Below are positions 30,463 to 40,744 of a DNA stretch of 64,000 bases, in pieces; positions within the stretch are counted from its first letter, which is position 1, and each line of letters begins with the position of its first letter. The translations under genes and the position numbers were made by a program. A model generated the notes under the pieces. The model was not told where the DNA came from, ran no database searches, and saw only the letters and a list, made by a program, of their open reading frames with translations. The stretch is from an uncultured Spirochaetota bacterium. GTDB lineage: Bacteria; Spirochaetota; Spirochaetia; SZUA-6; CAVTHK01. The stretch is from contig CAVTHK010000011.1 in NCBI GenBank assembly GCA_963734495.1, positions 96,001 to 160,000 of the forward strand, given 5' to 3'.

Positions 30463-33400
30463 ACCGGCCCGCGAGCCACTGGGGCACGATGATGCGCACC
30501 ACGCGCAGGCCCTGCTGGTCCACGACAAAGGCGTGCTCGCCCGAAACGGCCACCGCCGCGGCGTAATCGACGTCGGCGGAGCTGACCCGGCGCGGGCTCC
30601 GCGGCGCGCTCAGGTCGAGCACGGAGAGGCCGCGGACGCCTTCGGCGAGGTAAGCACGGCCGCCCGCGACGATCGCGTCCTCGACGTTGCGGCTGGGATA
30701 GAGCGCCAGGCTGCGCGGTGAGCGGGGGTCGGTCACGTCGAGCAGCGACAGGCCGGCCGGCCCGGTGACCGCGGCCAGCACCATGCCGGAGTGGAAGGCC
30801 GCCAGGCTCACCGTGCGGGCCTGCAGCGAACCGATGCGGCCGAGCGAGCGCGGGGCGGTCGGATCCGTCACGTCCAGGACTTCGACCCCGTCGGCGCCGA
30901 TGGCGACGGCCGCGAGGTCCCCGTGCACCGACACGTCGCGCGCGCCCCCGAGGGACACGGTGGAGAGCTTCCGCACCGAGCGGGCGTCGGTCACGTCGAA
31001 GATGGAGAGGCCCGCCAGGGCGTCGGCGCAGTAGACGAGCAGGCGTCCGTCGCGCTCCTGCGCGTCGAGCGCCCGGGCATCGCCGCCCGTCTCAAGGCCG
31101 ACGAGGTTGCGCAGGCGGACCCTTCCGCTTTCCCTCTCGATCCCGATGACGCGGACGCCGCGTCCGCGTTCCGCAGCGAGGATGCGCGCGTTGCCGGCGC
31201 CGCCGGCCAGCCTCACGTCGCAGGCGTCCGCGGTGTCGATCGAGGCGAGCAGCGAGGCGTCGCTCACGGCGGCGGGCTCCGCGGCCGCGAAGAGCTTGAT
31301 GCCGGAGCTCCCGTCAGCCACCGCGACCACCGGACCCACGCCGTCGAGCGAGCCGAGGGCGAGAGCCCGGGCTTCGGTGCCGGTCCTCGCCGCGGCGACT
31401 TCGAGCGAGCGGCCCTGGGTGAACACGTCGAGTATGCTCAGGCCCGAAGGACCCGCCGTCAACGCGTAGGCGCGGCCGCAGAAATCGTCGCGGAGCGCGA
31501 TGGCTTCCGCGGGCGCGGACGCGAGGTCGCCGAAGATCCGCGGCGTGGCGGGGTCGCTCACGTCCACGACCTTGGTGCCGCGCGCGCCGTCCGCAAGGTA
31601 GACGAACACCCGGCCGTCCGGCTCTGCCCTGACCTCGAGCTGCCGCGGGTCGTCCGCGGCCACCGACGTCGCGGGCGCCGGCGCCGTGGGGTCGCTCACG
31701 TCGATGAGGTGCAGCGCGTCCGCGGTCGCCACGTACGCGATCTCCCGTCCGTCGGGTCTGAGGCCGACGCTCACGCAGCGCGCGTTCTCGAGGGCTACCC
31801 GAGCGAGCGGGCGCGGGAGCGAAGGCCGGCCGAGGTCGAAGAGCGCGAGCCCCTGGGGGCCGACCGCGCAGAGGAGCCGCCCGGTCGCGCTCAGCGAGAG
31901 GGCGCGAAAGCATCCGGCCAGGGCGGGCCCCGCGGGGGTCGGGTCGGCCGGGTCCGCGGCGTCGAGCACGACGATCCCGCCGTCGCCGGCGGCCACGTAG
32001 ACGTGCGGGAGCGGGCCGCCGGAGACCACGGCCGCGAGCGCCTCGGGCAGGTTGCGCGAGGAAACGAGACGCGGAGCCGCCGGGTTCGAAAGATCGACAA
32101 CCTTGAGGCCGCGGCCCGGCTCCACGACATAGGCCCAGGTGTCGCGGACCGTGAGCGACGCGGGGGCCTCGAGGGGGAGCCTGGAGGTGACGACCGGCTC
32201 GGCGAGGTTGAAGATGTCGACGACCGCGAGCGAGCTCCCGTCGGCCACGATCGCGTAGTCGCCGAGCACCGCCACGGCGCGGGCGCCGGTCACGGCGGCA
32301 GCGCCCACGGGCACCAGCCGGTCGTCCGGGATCGCCGAGGGCGCGCCGGGCACGGCGTCGCTCTTGAGACTCCCGGGCAGGGCGGGCGCGATCCGGTAAT
32401 AGTAGAGCTCGCCGGTGCGCACGCGCCTGTCGAGCAGCTCGGTCGAGGCGGCACGGCCGATGCTGAGCCAGGGGCCTTTGGGGGAGAGCGACCGGAAGAC
32501 CTCGTACTCGGGCGCGCCCGGGATGCGGGGCCAGCGCACGCGCATCTGCCTGTACTCCCCGATCACCGAAGGCGCCAGCGTCGCCGGCGAAAGGGGGATC
32601 GCTTCGACCACGTGCGACCACTCGGGCTCCCCGGCGCCCGCGCCGTCCGCCCTGAGCGCGAAGCGGTAGCGCACCCCGTTGTCGAGTCCGCGCACCATGA
32701 ACGGCGAGCGGACGCCCGCGACCGGCACGCCGCCCGGGCCTGTCGGGTCGCCGCCCGCTGCGGCCCAGGCCAGGGTGTAGCCTTGGGCCAGCGGGACCGG
32801 CTCCCACCGCAGTGTGGCTGCACCATCGCCCGCCTCGGCTGCGAACGACGGGATCGCGCTGCTGGCGCGCTCGATCGCGATCCGCCGCGTGAGACGGCTG
32901 CCGCTCACGGACTCGGCGGTGACGATGAGCTCGTGACGGCCCGAGAGCTTTCCCGCGTCGAGCACCTGGCGGAAGTTGCCCTGGCCGTCGAACGCGAGGT
33001 TCCCGGTGAACACCGCAGCTGCGGCGAGGTCATCGGACGAGCGCAGCTCGCACGCCAGCGAGCGAATCCCGCGGGGTTGCCCCTGCTCGGGGCTGGGGTC
33101 CCATGCCCGCCCGGAGAGCAGGATTCGCGAGCCGACTTTGCCGCCGTCCGCCGGTGAATCCACCTGGAGCGCCGGCCGCACAGTGCCGTCATAGAACAAG
33201 ACGCTGCTCGCGGTCGCGGTGCCTTCTTTTCGCGCGGCCCGCAGGTCGACCGTCACTTTCCCCTTGATCCTGGCCGCGGGGATGACTATGCGGAAGCCGC
33301 CGTCGGCGAAGTTGTAAAAGACCTCCCCGCCGATCTCGGGATACTCGCGCACCGCGTAGGTGAGCCGCTCGATAGCCGTCATGCTCTGCTCCTGCTCGGA

Positions 33401-33949
33401 GTCGCGCACCCGGCCTTCGATCCGGATCTCGGTCTGGTAGAAGGTCGGCTCGAGCGGTCGCAGGATCTGCAGGAAGGGCGCAGCGGCGGGGGCGGTGATT
33501 GCCGCGACCACCGGAGCCCGGGCCGGCGCGGCCGGCGCGGCCGGCGCGGCAGGGGCGGCAGGGGCTCGAGTCGCAGGAGCCGGCGCTGGAGTGGCCGGCG
33601 GAGCGACAGCTATCGGAGCAGCGGCGGGCGGGACCGGCTGCTCCGACGGCGCGGGCGCGGCAGCTTCCTGCTTCGGTGCGGGCGGCTCCGGAGCGACGGC
33701 CGCGACCGGCGCCTCGGTTCGTGCCTCGGCCGTTTCCGCAGCGGCGGGCGCCGCAGCGGCGGGCGCTGTGGCGGGCGCCGGCGGAGGGGCGGGGAGCGGC
33801 TCCTGGGGGGCTGGAGCCACGACGACGGCCGCGGGCTCCTCGATGGGCGCAGGGAGAGGCTTGGGCGCGGGACGGCACGAGGCGACCAGAAGCGCGAGCG
33901 AAAAGAGCGCAGCCGCCGCGATCAGCCGCCGCTTGTCACCCTCGTCCAC
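30461..33949 (-). CDS. Putative lipoprotein with Pro/Ala linker, fibronectin type III domains and LVIVD beta-propeller repeats
   Basis: Lipobox LLVASC; AGDGAATLRW...GLDNGVRYRF (FN3); many AYVA...GL.VVDVSDP..P repeats. Confidence 0.85.
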   Translation of the reverse strand: MDEGDKRRLIAAAALFSLALLVASCRPAPKPLPAPIEEPAAVVVAPAPQEPLPAPPPAPATAPAAAAPAAAETAEARTEAPVAAVAPEPPAPKQEAAAPAPSEQPVPPAAAPIAVAPPATPAPAPATRAPAAPAAPAAPAAPARAPVVAAITAPAAAPFLQILRPLEPTFYQTEIRIEGRVRDSEQEQSMTAIERLTYAVREYPEIGGEVFYNFADGGFRIVIPAARIKGKVTVDLRAARKEGTATASSVLFYDGTVRPALQVDSPADGGKVGSRILLSGRAWDPSPEQGQPRGIRSLACELRSSDDLAAAAVFTGNLAFDGQGNFRQVLDAGKLSGRHELIVTAESVSGSRLTRRIAIERASSAIPSFAAEAGDGAATLRWEPVPLAQGYTLAWAAAGGDPTGPGGVPVAGVRSPFMVRGLDNGVRYRFALRADGAGAGEPEWSHVVEAIPLSPATLAPSVIGEYRQMRVRWPRIPGAPEYEVFRSLSPKGPWLSIGRAASTELLDRRVRTGELYYYRIAPALPGSLKSDAVPGAPSAIPDDRLVPVGAAAVTGARAVAVLGDYAIVADGSSLAVVDIFNLAEPVVTSRLPLEAPASLTVRDTWAYVVEPGRGLKVVDLSNPAAPRLVSSRNLPEALAAVVSGGPLPHVYVAAGDGGIVVLDAADPADPTPAGPALAGCFRALSLSATGRLLCAVGPQGLALFDLGRPSLPRPLARVALENARCVSVGLRPDGREIAYVATADALHLIDVSDPTAPAPATSVAADDPRQLEVRAEPDGRVFVYLADGARGTKVVDVSDPATPRIFGDLASAPAEAIALRDDFCGRAYALTAGPSGLSILDVFTQGRSLEVAAARTGTEARALALGSLDGVGPVVAVADGSSGIKLFAAAEPAAVSDASLLASIDTADACDVRLAGGAGNARILAAERGRGVRVIGIERESGRVRLRNLVGLETGGDARALDAQERDGRLLVYCADALAGLSIFDVTDARSVRKLSTVSLGGARDVSVHGDLAAVAIGADGVEVLDVTDPTAPRSLGRIGSLQARTVSLAAFHSGMVLAAVTGPAGLSLLDVTDPRSPRSLALYPSRNVEDAIVAGGRAYLAEGVRGLSVLDLSAPRSPRRVSSADVDYAAAVAVSGEHAFVVDQQGLRVVRIIVPQWLAGR

Positions 33950-36900
33950 GCCTTCTCCTCACGACGAACCCGGCACACGCCGCAGCAGCAAGGGCACAGA
34001 GAATGGCGAGCCCCGCAAGCGCCGGCCGCTGCAGGGGCGCGCTCGCGGCCGCAGGAACGGGCGGCGCGTCCGCTGGAGCCTCAGCCGCAGCCGCACCAGG
34101 AGCCGCGGGCGCGGGCTCCGCGCGATCTGCTGCAGTCGCGGGCGCGGGGGCTGCTGCGACGGGCGTGCTGTCGCGCGCGTCCTGTACCGAGGGCGCTCCC
34201 GCCGACTGCGGCAGCGTCCGCCGCGGTTGCGGCGCGGGCGACGCGGGCGCTACGGGCCGGCGCGCGGCCCGGGACGCCTGGGGCGCAGGCGCGGCCGGCG
34301 CCGGGGCTGCTTCGCGCGCCGTGCGCGGCGCGGTCTCCGCCGCCGCTCCCTCCGCGCTCAGCCACCCGCTCGCGCGCACGCGAGACGCGGCGGCAGGCCC
34401 GCCCGAAGCGGCCACGGGTGGCGCCGCCGAGCGGGGCGGAGCGGCGCCGCCCCCCGTCATCGATCTGCTCACCGCGAAGTCGCCGCTCTTCGAATTGAAG
34501 GCTTGCTGCGTGTTGCCTGCGACGTCGCTCGCGCCGGTGACCGTCACTTTGACGTTCGACGCGGGGTCTGTCCCGCCCGTCTGCACTGTGTAGGTCGCAG
34601 TGGCCGTGTTGGAGCTCCAGCTCCAGGTCGGCCCGCCGACCAGACGCCCGCTCAGGTCCTGGTCGAACACGACCGTCGGATTCGTCGTTGTGTCCATCGC
34701 CTCCGAGTAGGCAAACTCGAGGGTCAGCGAGCCTTGATAGGCGCTGGCGACTGAGGCGGGCGCGGGCGTGAACAGGTCCACCTTCGGCGCAGTGGTATCG
34801 ATGGTGATGGAGAGGTCTGAGGAGGTTGAAGTATTGCCTGCCGGGTCAGTGGCCTCTGCGTGCAGGGTGTGGGCGCCGGCCGCGAGGCTGACCGCGGCAA
34901 AGGAGTAGGCTCCCGAAGCGGCGGTGGTGGAGGCCAGCTGCGTGGCTCCTTCCATCAGGCGCACTGTGGCGCCGGTCTCGACCGTGCCGGTGAAGCTGAG
35001 GCTGGTCAGCCGCGTGATGTTGTCGCTGCTGGAGCTGCCGCTGTCGCTGCCGTCGGTGAGGTCGGGGGCGGAGACGGCCGGGCTGACACTGGTATCCACC
35101 GTCACGACGAGATCGCCGGAGGTGGAGGTGTTGCCCGCCGGGTCGGTGGCCTCGGCGTGAAGCGTATGGGCGCCGGCCGCGAGACTGACCGCGGCAAAGG
35201 AGTAGGCTCCCGAAGCGGCGGTGGTGGTGGCCAGCTGCGTGGCGCCTTCCATCAGGCGCACCGTGGCGCCCGTCTCGGCCGTGCCGGTGAAGCTGAGGCT
35301 GGTCAGCCGCGTGATGTTGTCGGAGCTTGAGCTGCCGCTGTCGTCGAGGCTGTTGAGGTCGGGCACGGAAGCCGCCGGGCTGACGCTGGTGTCCACCGTG
35401 ACGCTGAGCGTCGAGGAGGCGGCAGAGGTGTTGCCCGCGGCGTCGGCGGCCCGCGCGCTGATGAGGCGGCCGCTGCCCGCGCTGACCGGGGTGTCGATGC
35501 TGTAGGAGCCGCCGCCGGCGGTGCCGCTGGCCGCGGGGCTGCCGTCGACGAGGATCGACACCGTGGAGCCGGCCTCGGCCGTGCCGGTAAAGGTCAGGGT
35601 GGTCAGCCGCGTGATCCTGTCGCTGCTCGAGCTGCCGCTGTCGTCAGCCGGGTCCAGCACCGGAACCGAAGGCACATCAGGCGCAGTGGTATCGATGGTG
35701 ATGGAGAGGTCTGAGGAGGTTGAAGTATTGCCTGCCGGGTCGGTGGCCTCTGCGTGCAGGGTGTGGGCGCCGGCCGCGAGGCTGACCGCGGCAAAGGAGT
35801 AGGCTCCCGAAGCGGCGGTGGTGGAGGCCAGCTGCGTGGCTCCTTCCATCAGGCGCACTGTGGCGCCGGTCTCGACCGTGCCGGTGAAGCTGAGGCTGGT
35901 CAGCCGCGTGATGTTGTCGCTGCTGGAGCTGCCGCTGTCGCTGCCGTCGGTGAGGTCGGGGGCGGAGACGGCCGGGCTGACACTGGTATCCACCGTCACG
36001 ACGAGATCGCCGGAGGTGGAGGTGTTGCCCGCCGGGTCGGTGGCCTCGGCGTGAAGCGTATGGGCGCCGGCCGCGAGGCTGACCGCGGCAAAGGAGTAGG
36101 CTCCCGAAGCGGCGGTGGTGGTGGCCAGCTGCGTGGCGCCTTCCATCAGGCGCACCGTGGCGCCCGTCTCGGCCGTGCCGGTGAAGCTGAGGCTGGTCAG
36201 CCGCGTGATGTTGTCGGAGCTTGAGCTGCCGCTGTCGTCGAGGCTGTTGAGGTCGGGCACGGAAGCCGCCGGGCTGACGCTGGTGTCCACCGTGACGCTG
36301 AGCGTCGAGGAGGCGGCAGAGGTGTTGCCCGCGGCGTCGGCGGCCCGCGCGCTGATGAGGCGGCCGCTGCCCGCGCTGACCGGGGTGTCGATGCTGTAGG
36401 AGCCGCCGCCGGCGGTGCCGCTGGCCGCGGGGCTGCCGTCGACGAGGATCGACACCGTGGAGCCGGCCTCGGCCGTGCCGGTAAAGGTCAGGGTGGTCAG
36501 CCGCGTGATCCTGTCGCTGCTCGAGCTGCCGCTGTCGTCAGCCGGGTCCAGCACCGGAACCGAAGGCACATCAGGCGTGATGCTGTCGAAGGTCACATTC
36601 GGGCTCGGCGTCGCCGACGCCTGGGTGATCGCTGTCACGTTGCCGGCTTTGTCCGTGAGGCCGATCGAGAACGCGATGGCCCCCTGCGCGTCCGTCGCCT
36701 GCATCTCCGTAGCCGCCGTGTAGCTCGGCAGCGTAACCGTGACCGCCCGGCTCGCGATCCCGACGGTCGGCGAAAGAGCCAACTCGCGCGTCGACGCAAA
36801 GAACAGCGTCACGTCGTCTCCGACCTTCGCCCAGTTCGCGTTCGGGTTGCTGCTCGTCATCGCCAGGCCGCTGATCGTCGGCGTGCCCTCGTAGAACGTG

Positions 36901-38477
36901 ATGCCGGAGCCTGCCGAGGCGGTGGTCGTGTTGCCGATGACGTCTGCGGTCGTGATCGCGTACGGCAGGGCCTGCGGCTCACCTCCCGACAGCTTGCGGG
37001 TTGCGCGCCAGGCGCCGCCCCCCAGGTTCGCCACCGAGGCCGTGCGGCCCGGGCCGCCGATGGTCACGGCGACGGCGGCTGGGTCTACGCCGGTTTGAGC
37101 GTCCGACAGCGTGAAGTCGAGCGTCACGGTGTCGTCCACCTTGGCGTAGTTGCCGGTCGGAGCGCTCTGCGCGTTGTCCGAGCGGATCGACACGCCGGTG
37201 ATCGACGGTGCCGTGCGGTCGTCGCGAATCGTGATCGGGAACGGAGCGACAAGCCCCGCGCTGGACTTGGCGGTGATGGTCAGGATGATGTCGCCCTGTC
37301 GGCCCGTGGTGTCCACGGTGAACGCAAGGTTGCCTGCGCCGTCCATGACGCTCGAAAGCGGCGGCACGCTCGACGCGTTGTAGATGCGGGAGACCGGCGT
37401 GCCCACTGTCGACGAAAGGTCGTACTTGAGCTCGACGATCTGAGGCGTAGTGGCAGCCAGGCCCGTGACCGTGATGACCTCCGAGGGTGCATTCGAGGAG
37501 TAGTAGCTCGACCCGCCGACGACCCGGGATGCCGGCGGATTGTGCGGCAGGTTCAGGATGAAGGTCGGGTACGGAAGGTCCTCGACCGCCGTGCCCTCCG
37601 CGGTTCGCTTCATGCCGTTCCGGTCTTCCGCGATCACCCTGACGGTGAGCGTCGTCAGCCCCGAGGCCGGAATCGTGAACGACGAAGTGAAAGACCCGTC
37701 GGGGAACAGCCTGAAAGGCTGCATCACGTCCGGGAACGGCCCGTTGATCCTGGCCGCGTAGCATTGCTCGAGGTCGCTCCACGTCGTCGACAGGAGGAGG
37801 TCCGCACTCCACATAGGGTTCTGGACGATTTCCCACCTGAGCGACTTGAGCTCGCTGATGGCGGGATCGTCGCCCGAGTTGGCGACCGTCCCGTTGATGG
37901 TGAACAGGCCGCCGATCTGGAACTTGGTGAACGCGGTCCCGGGCTCCGCCAGCTGGATCACCATGCCGTCGCTCGGGAACAACTGCCGCCTCGCCTCGGC
38001 GGTATTGCCGTTGCGGTCCGTGGCCTCGACGATGAACTCGCGACTGCGGTCGATCGACGCCGTATCGAGCTCGACGGAAAAGTCGCCGGTGGAAAAGTCA
38101 AAGGTGAAGGGCTGCGGATCGGGCGTCGTCGGGTTGGGCGTGACGGTGAACGAGCTTCCTGCCAGCTTGACCAGCCGGGTGAGTCCCGGCTCCGCCTGAA
38201 CCTGGATCGCGATGTTGTCGAGGACGCCGCCCCCGTCGTTCGCCTTGAACGCCGAGTCCGTGATGCGGCCCGCAACGGTCACCGTGGAACGGATCGAGCC
38301 ATTGGCTTGCGGGGACGTCAGCGTGATGTCGGGCGGGATCGTATCCTCGACGACGCGCAGAAGCTTGTCGTCGACGGGTTCCGGGATGCGGCAGTCCGTG
38401 ATGACCGCGAGCAGGGCGCAGAGGATCGCGGCCGCGGAAAAAGCGATGCGTCCGGCTGCCGCGCCCTTTTCTTCCAT
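33936..38477 (-). CDS. Large surface protein with bacterial Ig-like (BIg/Big_13-type) repeats and a C-terminal TM helix plus poly-Arg tail
   Basis: Six DSGSSSSD.IT..T.L.FTGTAE.G.TV...ATD.AGNTS...VDT repeats; hydrophobic N-terminus; C-terminus LAGLAILCALAAAACAGFVVRRRR. Confidence 0.85.
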   Translation of the reverse strand: MEEKGAAAGRIAFSAAAILCALLAVITDCRIPEPVDDKLLRVVEDTIPPDITLTSPQANGSIRSTVTVAGRITDSAFKANDGGGVLDNIAIQVQAEPGLTRLVKLAGSSFTVTPNPTTPDPQPFTFDFSTGDFSVELDTASIDRSREFIVEATDRNGNTAEARRQLFPSDGMVIQLAEPGTAFTKFQIGGLFTINGTVANSGDDPAISELKSLRWEIVQNPMWSADLLLSTTWSDLEQCYAARINGPFPDVMQPFRLFPDGSFTSSFTIPASGLTTLTVRVIAEDRNGMKRTAEGTAVEDLPYPTFILNLPHNPPASRVVGGSSYYSSNAPSEVITVTGLAATTPQIVELKYDLSSTVGTPVSRIYNASSVPPLSSVMDGAGNLAFTVDTTGRQGDIILTITAKSSAGLVAPFPITIRDDRTAPSITGVSIRSDNAQSAPTGNYAKVDDTVTLDFTLSDAQTGVDPAAVAVTIGGPGRTASVANLGGGAWRATRKLSGGEPQALPYAITTADVIGNTTTASAGSGITFYEGTPTISGLAMTSSNPNANWAKVGDDVTLFFASTRELALSPTVGIASRAVTVTLPSYTAATEMQATDAQGAIAFSIGLTDKAGNVTAITQASATPSPNVTFDSITPDVPSVPVLDPADDSGSSSSDRITRLTTLTFTGTAEAGSTVSILVDGSPAASGTAGGGSYSIDTPVSAGSGRLISARAADAAGNTSAASSTLSVTVDTSVSPAASVPDLNSLDDSGSSSSDNITRLTSLSFTGTAETGATVRLMEGATQLATTTAASGAYSFAAVSLAAGAHTLHAEATDPAGNTSTSGDLVVTVDTSVSPAVSAPDLTDGSDSGSSSSDNITRLTSLSFTGTVETGATVRLMEGATQLASTTAASGAYSFAAVSLAAGAHTLHAEATDPAGNTSTSSDLSITIDTTAPDVPSVPVLDPADDSGSSSSDRITRLTTLTFTGTAEAGSTVSILVDGSPAASGTAGGGSYSIDTPVSAGSGRLISARAADAAGNTSAASSTLSVTVDTSVSPAASVPDLNSLDDSGSSSSDNITRLTSLSFTGTAETGATVRLMEGATQLATTTAASGAYSFAAVSLAAGAHTLHAEATDPAGNTSTSGDLVVTVDTSVSPAVSAPDLTDGSDSGSSSSDNITRLTSLSFTGTVETGATVRLMEGATQLASTTAASGAYSFAAVSLAAGAHTLHAEATDPAGNTSTSSDLSITIDTTAPKVDLFTPAPASVASAYQGSLTLEFAYSEAMDTTTNPTVVFDQDLSGRLVGGPTWSWSSNTATATYTVQTGGTDPASNVKVTVTGASDVAGNTQQAFNSKSGDFAVSRSMTGGGAAPPRSAAPPVAASGGPAAASRVRASGWLSAEGAAAETAPRTAREAAPAPAAPAPQASRAARRPVAPASPAPQPRRTLPQSAGAPSVQDARDSTPVAAAPAPATAADRAEPAPAAPGAAAAEAPADAPPVPAAASAPLQRPALAGLAILCALAAAACAGFVVRRRRGRG
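34786..36573. repeat. Near-perfect 894-bp tandem duplication (2 copies, 3 Ig domains each)
   Basis: 34786-35679 versus 35680-36573; only two substitutions seen by eye (near 34848 and 35184). Confidence 0.9.
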
Positions 38478-38488
38478 ACGATCCTCCG

Positions 38489-40621
38489 CTACTTCGCCGG
38501 CGCGGACGCGCTGCGCAGGTACGCGTACTGCCCCGCGAGCTGCGGATCCGCCGCGGCGAGCAGCGCGTAGTACTCCCCGGCCCGGTCGTAGTTCTCCAGC
38601 TTGTGATAGGAGCGGCAGATGTTGAGCAGCACCGCGGCGTACTCCGGCGAGCCGGTGCGCTCGCGCTCCTGCAGGTCGCGCTCGGCCCTGTGGTAGCTGC
38701 GAAGCGCGTCCTGCGTGCGGCCCTGCACGAAGTAGAGGTTCCCCAGGTTGATCAGGGGGCTCGCGTAGTTGCGGTCAAGCGCCAGCGCGGCGTTGAACGC
38801 CCGTTCGGCCACGTCGTAACGGCCGAGCTGGGCGGCCACGATGCCGAGGCTGTTAAAGTCGCGCCGGTTGTTCGACTCCTGCGCCCTGCGCGACGCGGCC
38901 GCCACGATGGTGTCGATCAGCCCGCCGAGGCTGGCGCTGACGTGGGCGAACAGCCTGTCGGCGTGCGGGTAGACGATGCCGGCGTCGGTCTCGCGCAGGC
39001 CCACGGGCCTGAACGCCTCCTGCGCCTTGCGCGTCAGGTACACCCCGCGCTGGCCGGGGCTGCCGTCGTACTGCCGGTAGATCTCGATTCCGGAGCGCCA
39101 TGCGGCGGCGAACTCGCTCTTCGCAACGAGCGTGATCTCGATGGGGACCCAGAGCTCCCCGTCGATGTCGATGGACATCGCCTGCTCGGGGTGCACCATC
39201 GGGTAGTCCCGCGACGCGGTCTTCGTGTTGATCATGGGGAAGATGTGACCGGGCGCCGTGATGTAGCCCGTCTCGACGCCGACTGTCTCGAGCAGCGCGG
39301 CGAACAGCGCGGTCAGGTCGTCGCAATCGCCGGTGCCCCGCCGCAGCGTGTCTCTCGGCAGGCTGACGGAGTCGACGATGCGCGCGTTCGCCTGCGCGGC
39401 GCTGAAGGGCGAGGTCGGGTCCGCCTGGTAGATGACGCCGAGCTCCTTGAGGGCATAGTAGATCTGCATGGCGATCTGCAGGGGCTCGCCGAGGCCCGGG
39501 AGCACCGTGTCCTTGGCCGCCTGGCGGACGTAGCTGGCGAGGTTGCGCAGCGCGCCGTCCGACTGCGTGATGAACGCCGCGAACTTGCGGTCGTCGTCCC
39601 ACGTGATGGCGGTCCGGTCCTGCAGATCGTACGTGACGGGGAACGCCTGCGTCGCGGGACGGTTGCGCGCGACGTAGCTCGCGCGGATCTCGCCATTGAG
39701 CGGCGTCACGCCCTCGGTGGAAAAGACCTGCGAATTGAAGGCCGCCAGCAGCTTGACCTCGGTCGTCTTTCCGGGGCCGAGCTCCGCGATCGAGGCCGCC
39801 GGCGTCGGGTTGTCCATGAAGCCTTCCTGGAAGAAGGCGACCTCCACGTCCCGGATCGGGTAGCTCTCTATGTTGGTGAGCGTGATCGTGGCGATCGGGT
39901 GGGAGACGTAGTGGCTCTGCATCGCGGCGTACACGGGCGGGATGACGGCTTCGCCCATGCGGAGGCTGCGGATGATCGCCCGCGGCGCGTCCGGGTCCTC
40001 CCCGAAGCGATAATGGGCGCCGATTCCCAGGCCCAGGGCGAAGCCGTCATACCGGTCGAGCGGCGTAAAGGAGCGCTGGTAGCTCAGCGAGGGGGAGATG
40101 TCGATGCTGATGGCGAACGACGGGTTGAGGCTGATCTTGCCCGCGGCCGTCGCGAGCAGGTAGAGGTTGCTCCTCGGGGAGAACTCCCCGGTCACGGGGT
40201 CCTTGTCGAGATTCGGGAAGATCGCCTCGGAGAGGCCCGCCGCCGCGCTCGCGCCGATCTCGAATTCCCTGCTGATGCGGTGCGAGTATCCCAGCCCGAG
40301 CTGGCCGAACCAGTGCCTGTGCTGCCAGCGGTCCTCCGGGTCCCCCTTGTTGACGTAGTCCCAGTTGCGCATGCCGAGCCGCGCAAAGGGCTGCAGCGAC
40401 GTGCTCGCTGGCAGCGGCGCGCGCGCGCTCACCGCGAGCTCGGTCACGTTGAAGTCCGTAGAGTAGTCGTTGAAGGGAGAAAGCTGCTGGAAGTCGATCC
40501 CGACCGACGCGGCAAAGCGGTAGTACTCGTCGAGGTCGGGTCTGCGCTCCTGCGCATGGACGGTGCACGAGAGCGCGACTGCGGCGAGAAGGCACACGTG
40601 ACCGACGCGCCTACGGACCAC
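38489..40621 (-). CDS. Secreted protein: beta-barrel-like N-terminus, transglutaminase-like domain and TPR repeats
   Basis: Signal peptide; alternating beta strands ending GAHYRFG; GDCDDLTALFAALLE, PGHIF, WVPIE; TPRs (FNSLGIV, LINLGNLY). Confidence 0.8.
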   Translation of the reverse strand: MVRRRVGHVCLLAAVALSCTVHAQERRPDLDEYYRFAASVGIDFQQLSPFNDYSTDFNVTELAVSARAPLPASTSLQPFARLGMRNWDYVNKGDPEDRWQHRHWFGQLGLGYSHRISREFEIGASAAAGLSEAIFPNLDKDPVTGEFSPRSNLYLLATAAGKISLNPSFAISIDISPSLSYQRSFTPLDRYDGFALGLGIGAHYRFGEDPDAPRAIIRSLRMGEAVIPPVYAAMQSHYVSHPIATITLTNIESYPIRDVEVAFFQEGFMDNPTPAASIAELGPGKTTEVKLLAAFNSQVFSTEGVTPLNGEIRASYVARNRPATQAFPVTYDLQDRTAITWDDDRKFAAFITQSDGALRNLASYVRQAAKDTVLPGLGEPLQIAMQIYYALKELGVIYQADPTSPFSAAQANARIVDSVSLPRDTLRRGTGDCDDLTALFAALLETVGVETGYITAPGHIFPMINTKTASRDYPMVHPEQAMSIDIDGELWVPIEITLVAKSEFAAAWRSGIEIYRQYDGSPGQRGVYLTRKAQEAFRPVGLRETDAGIVYPHADRLFAHVSASLGGLIDTIVAAASRRAQESNNRRDFNSLGIVAAQLGRYDVAERAFNAALALDRNYASPLINLGNLYFVQGRTQDALRSYHRAERDLQERERTGSPEYAAVLLNICRSYHKLENYDRAGEYYALLAAADPQLAGQYAYLRSASAPAK

Positions 40622-40744
40622 ACCGACCCCCTTGTTGTGGCGTAGTGCAGGAGGGGAACAAGATGTATACTAGGAGTGTATCCCTGCGGGCCCGGCGCCG
40701 CAAATTCGATCAGCCTCCCGATCCGTCCGTGCCAGGGGGTCTTG

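Noticed and set aside
34786-36573. DGR template/variable repeat pair or mobile element
   Set aside because: In-frame tandem domain duplication with only about two differences, and no reverse transcriptase or transposase.
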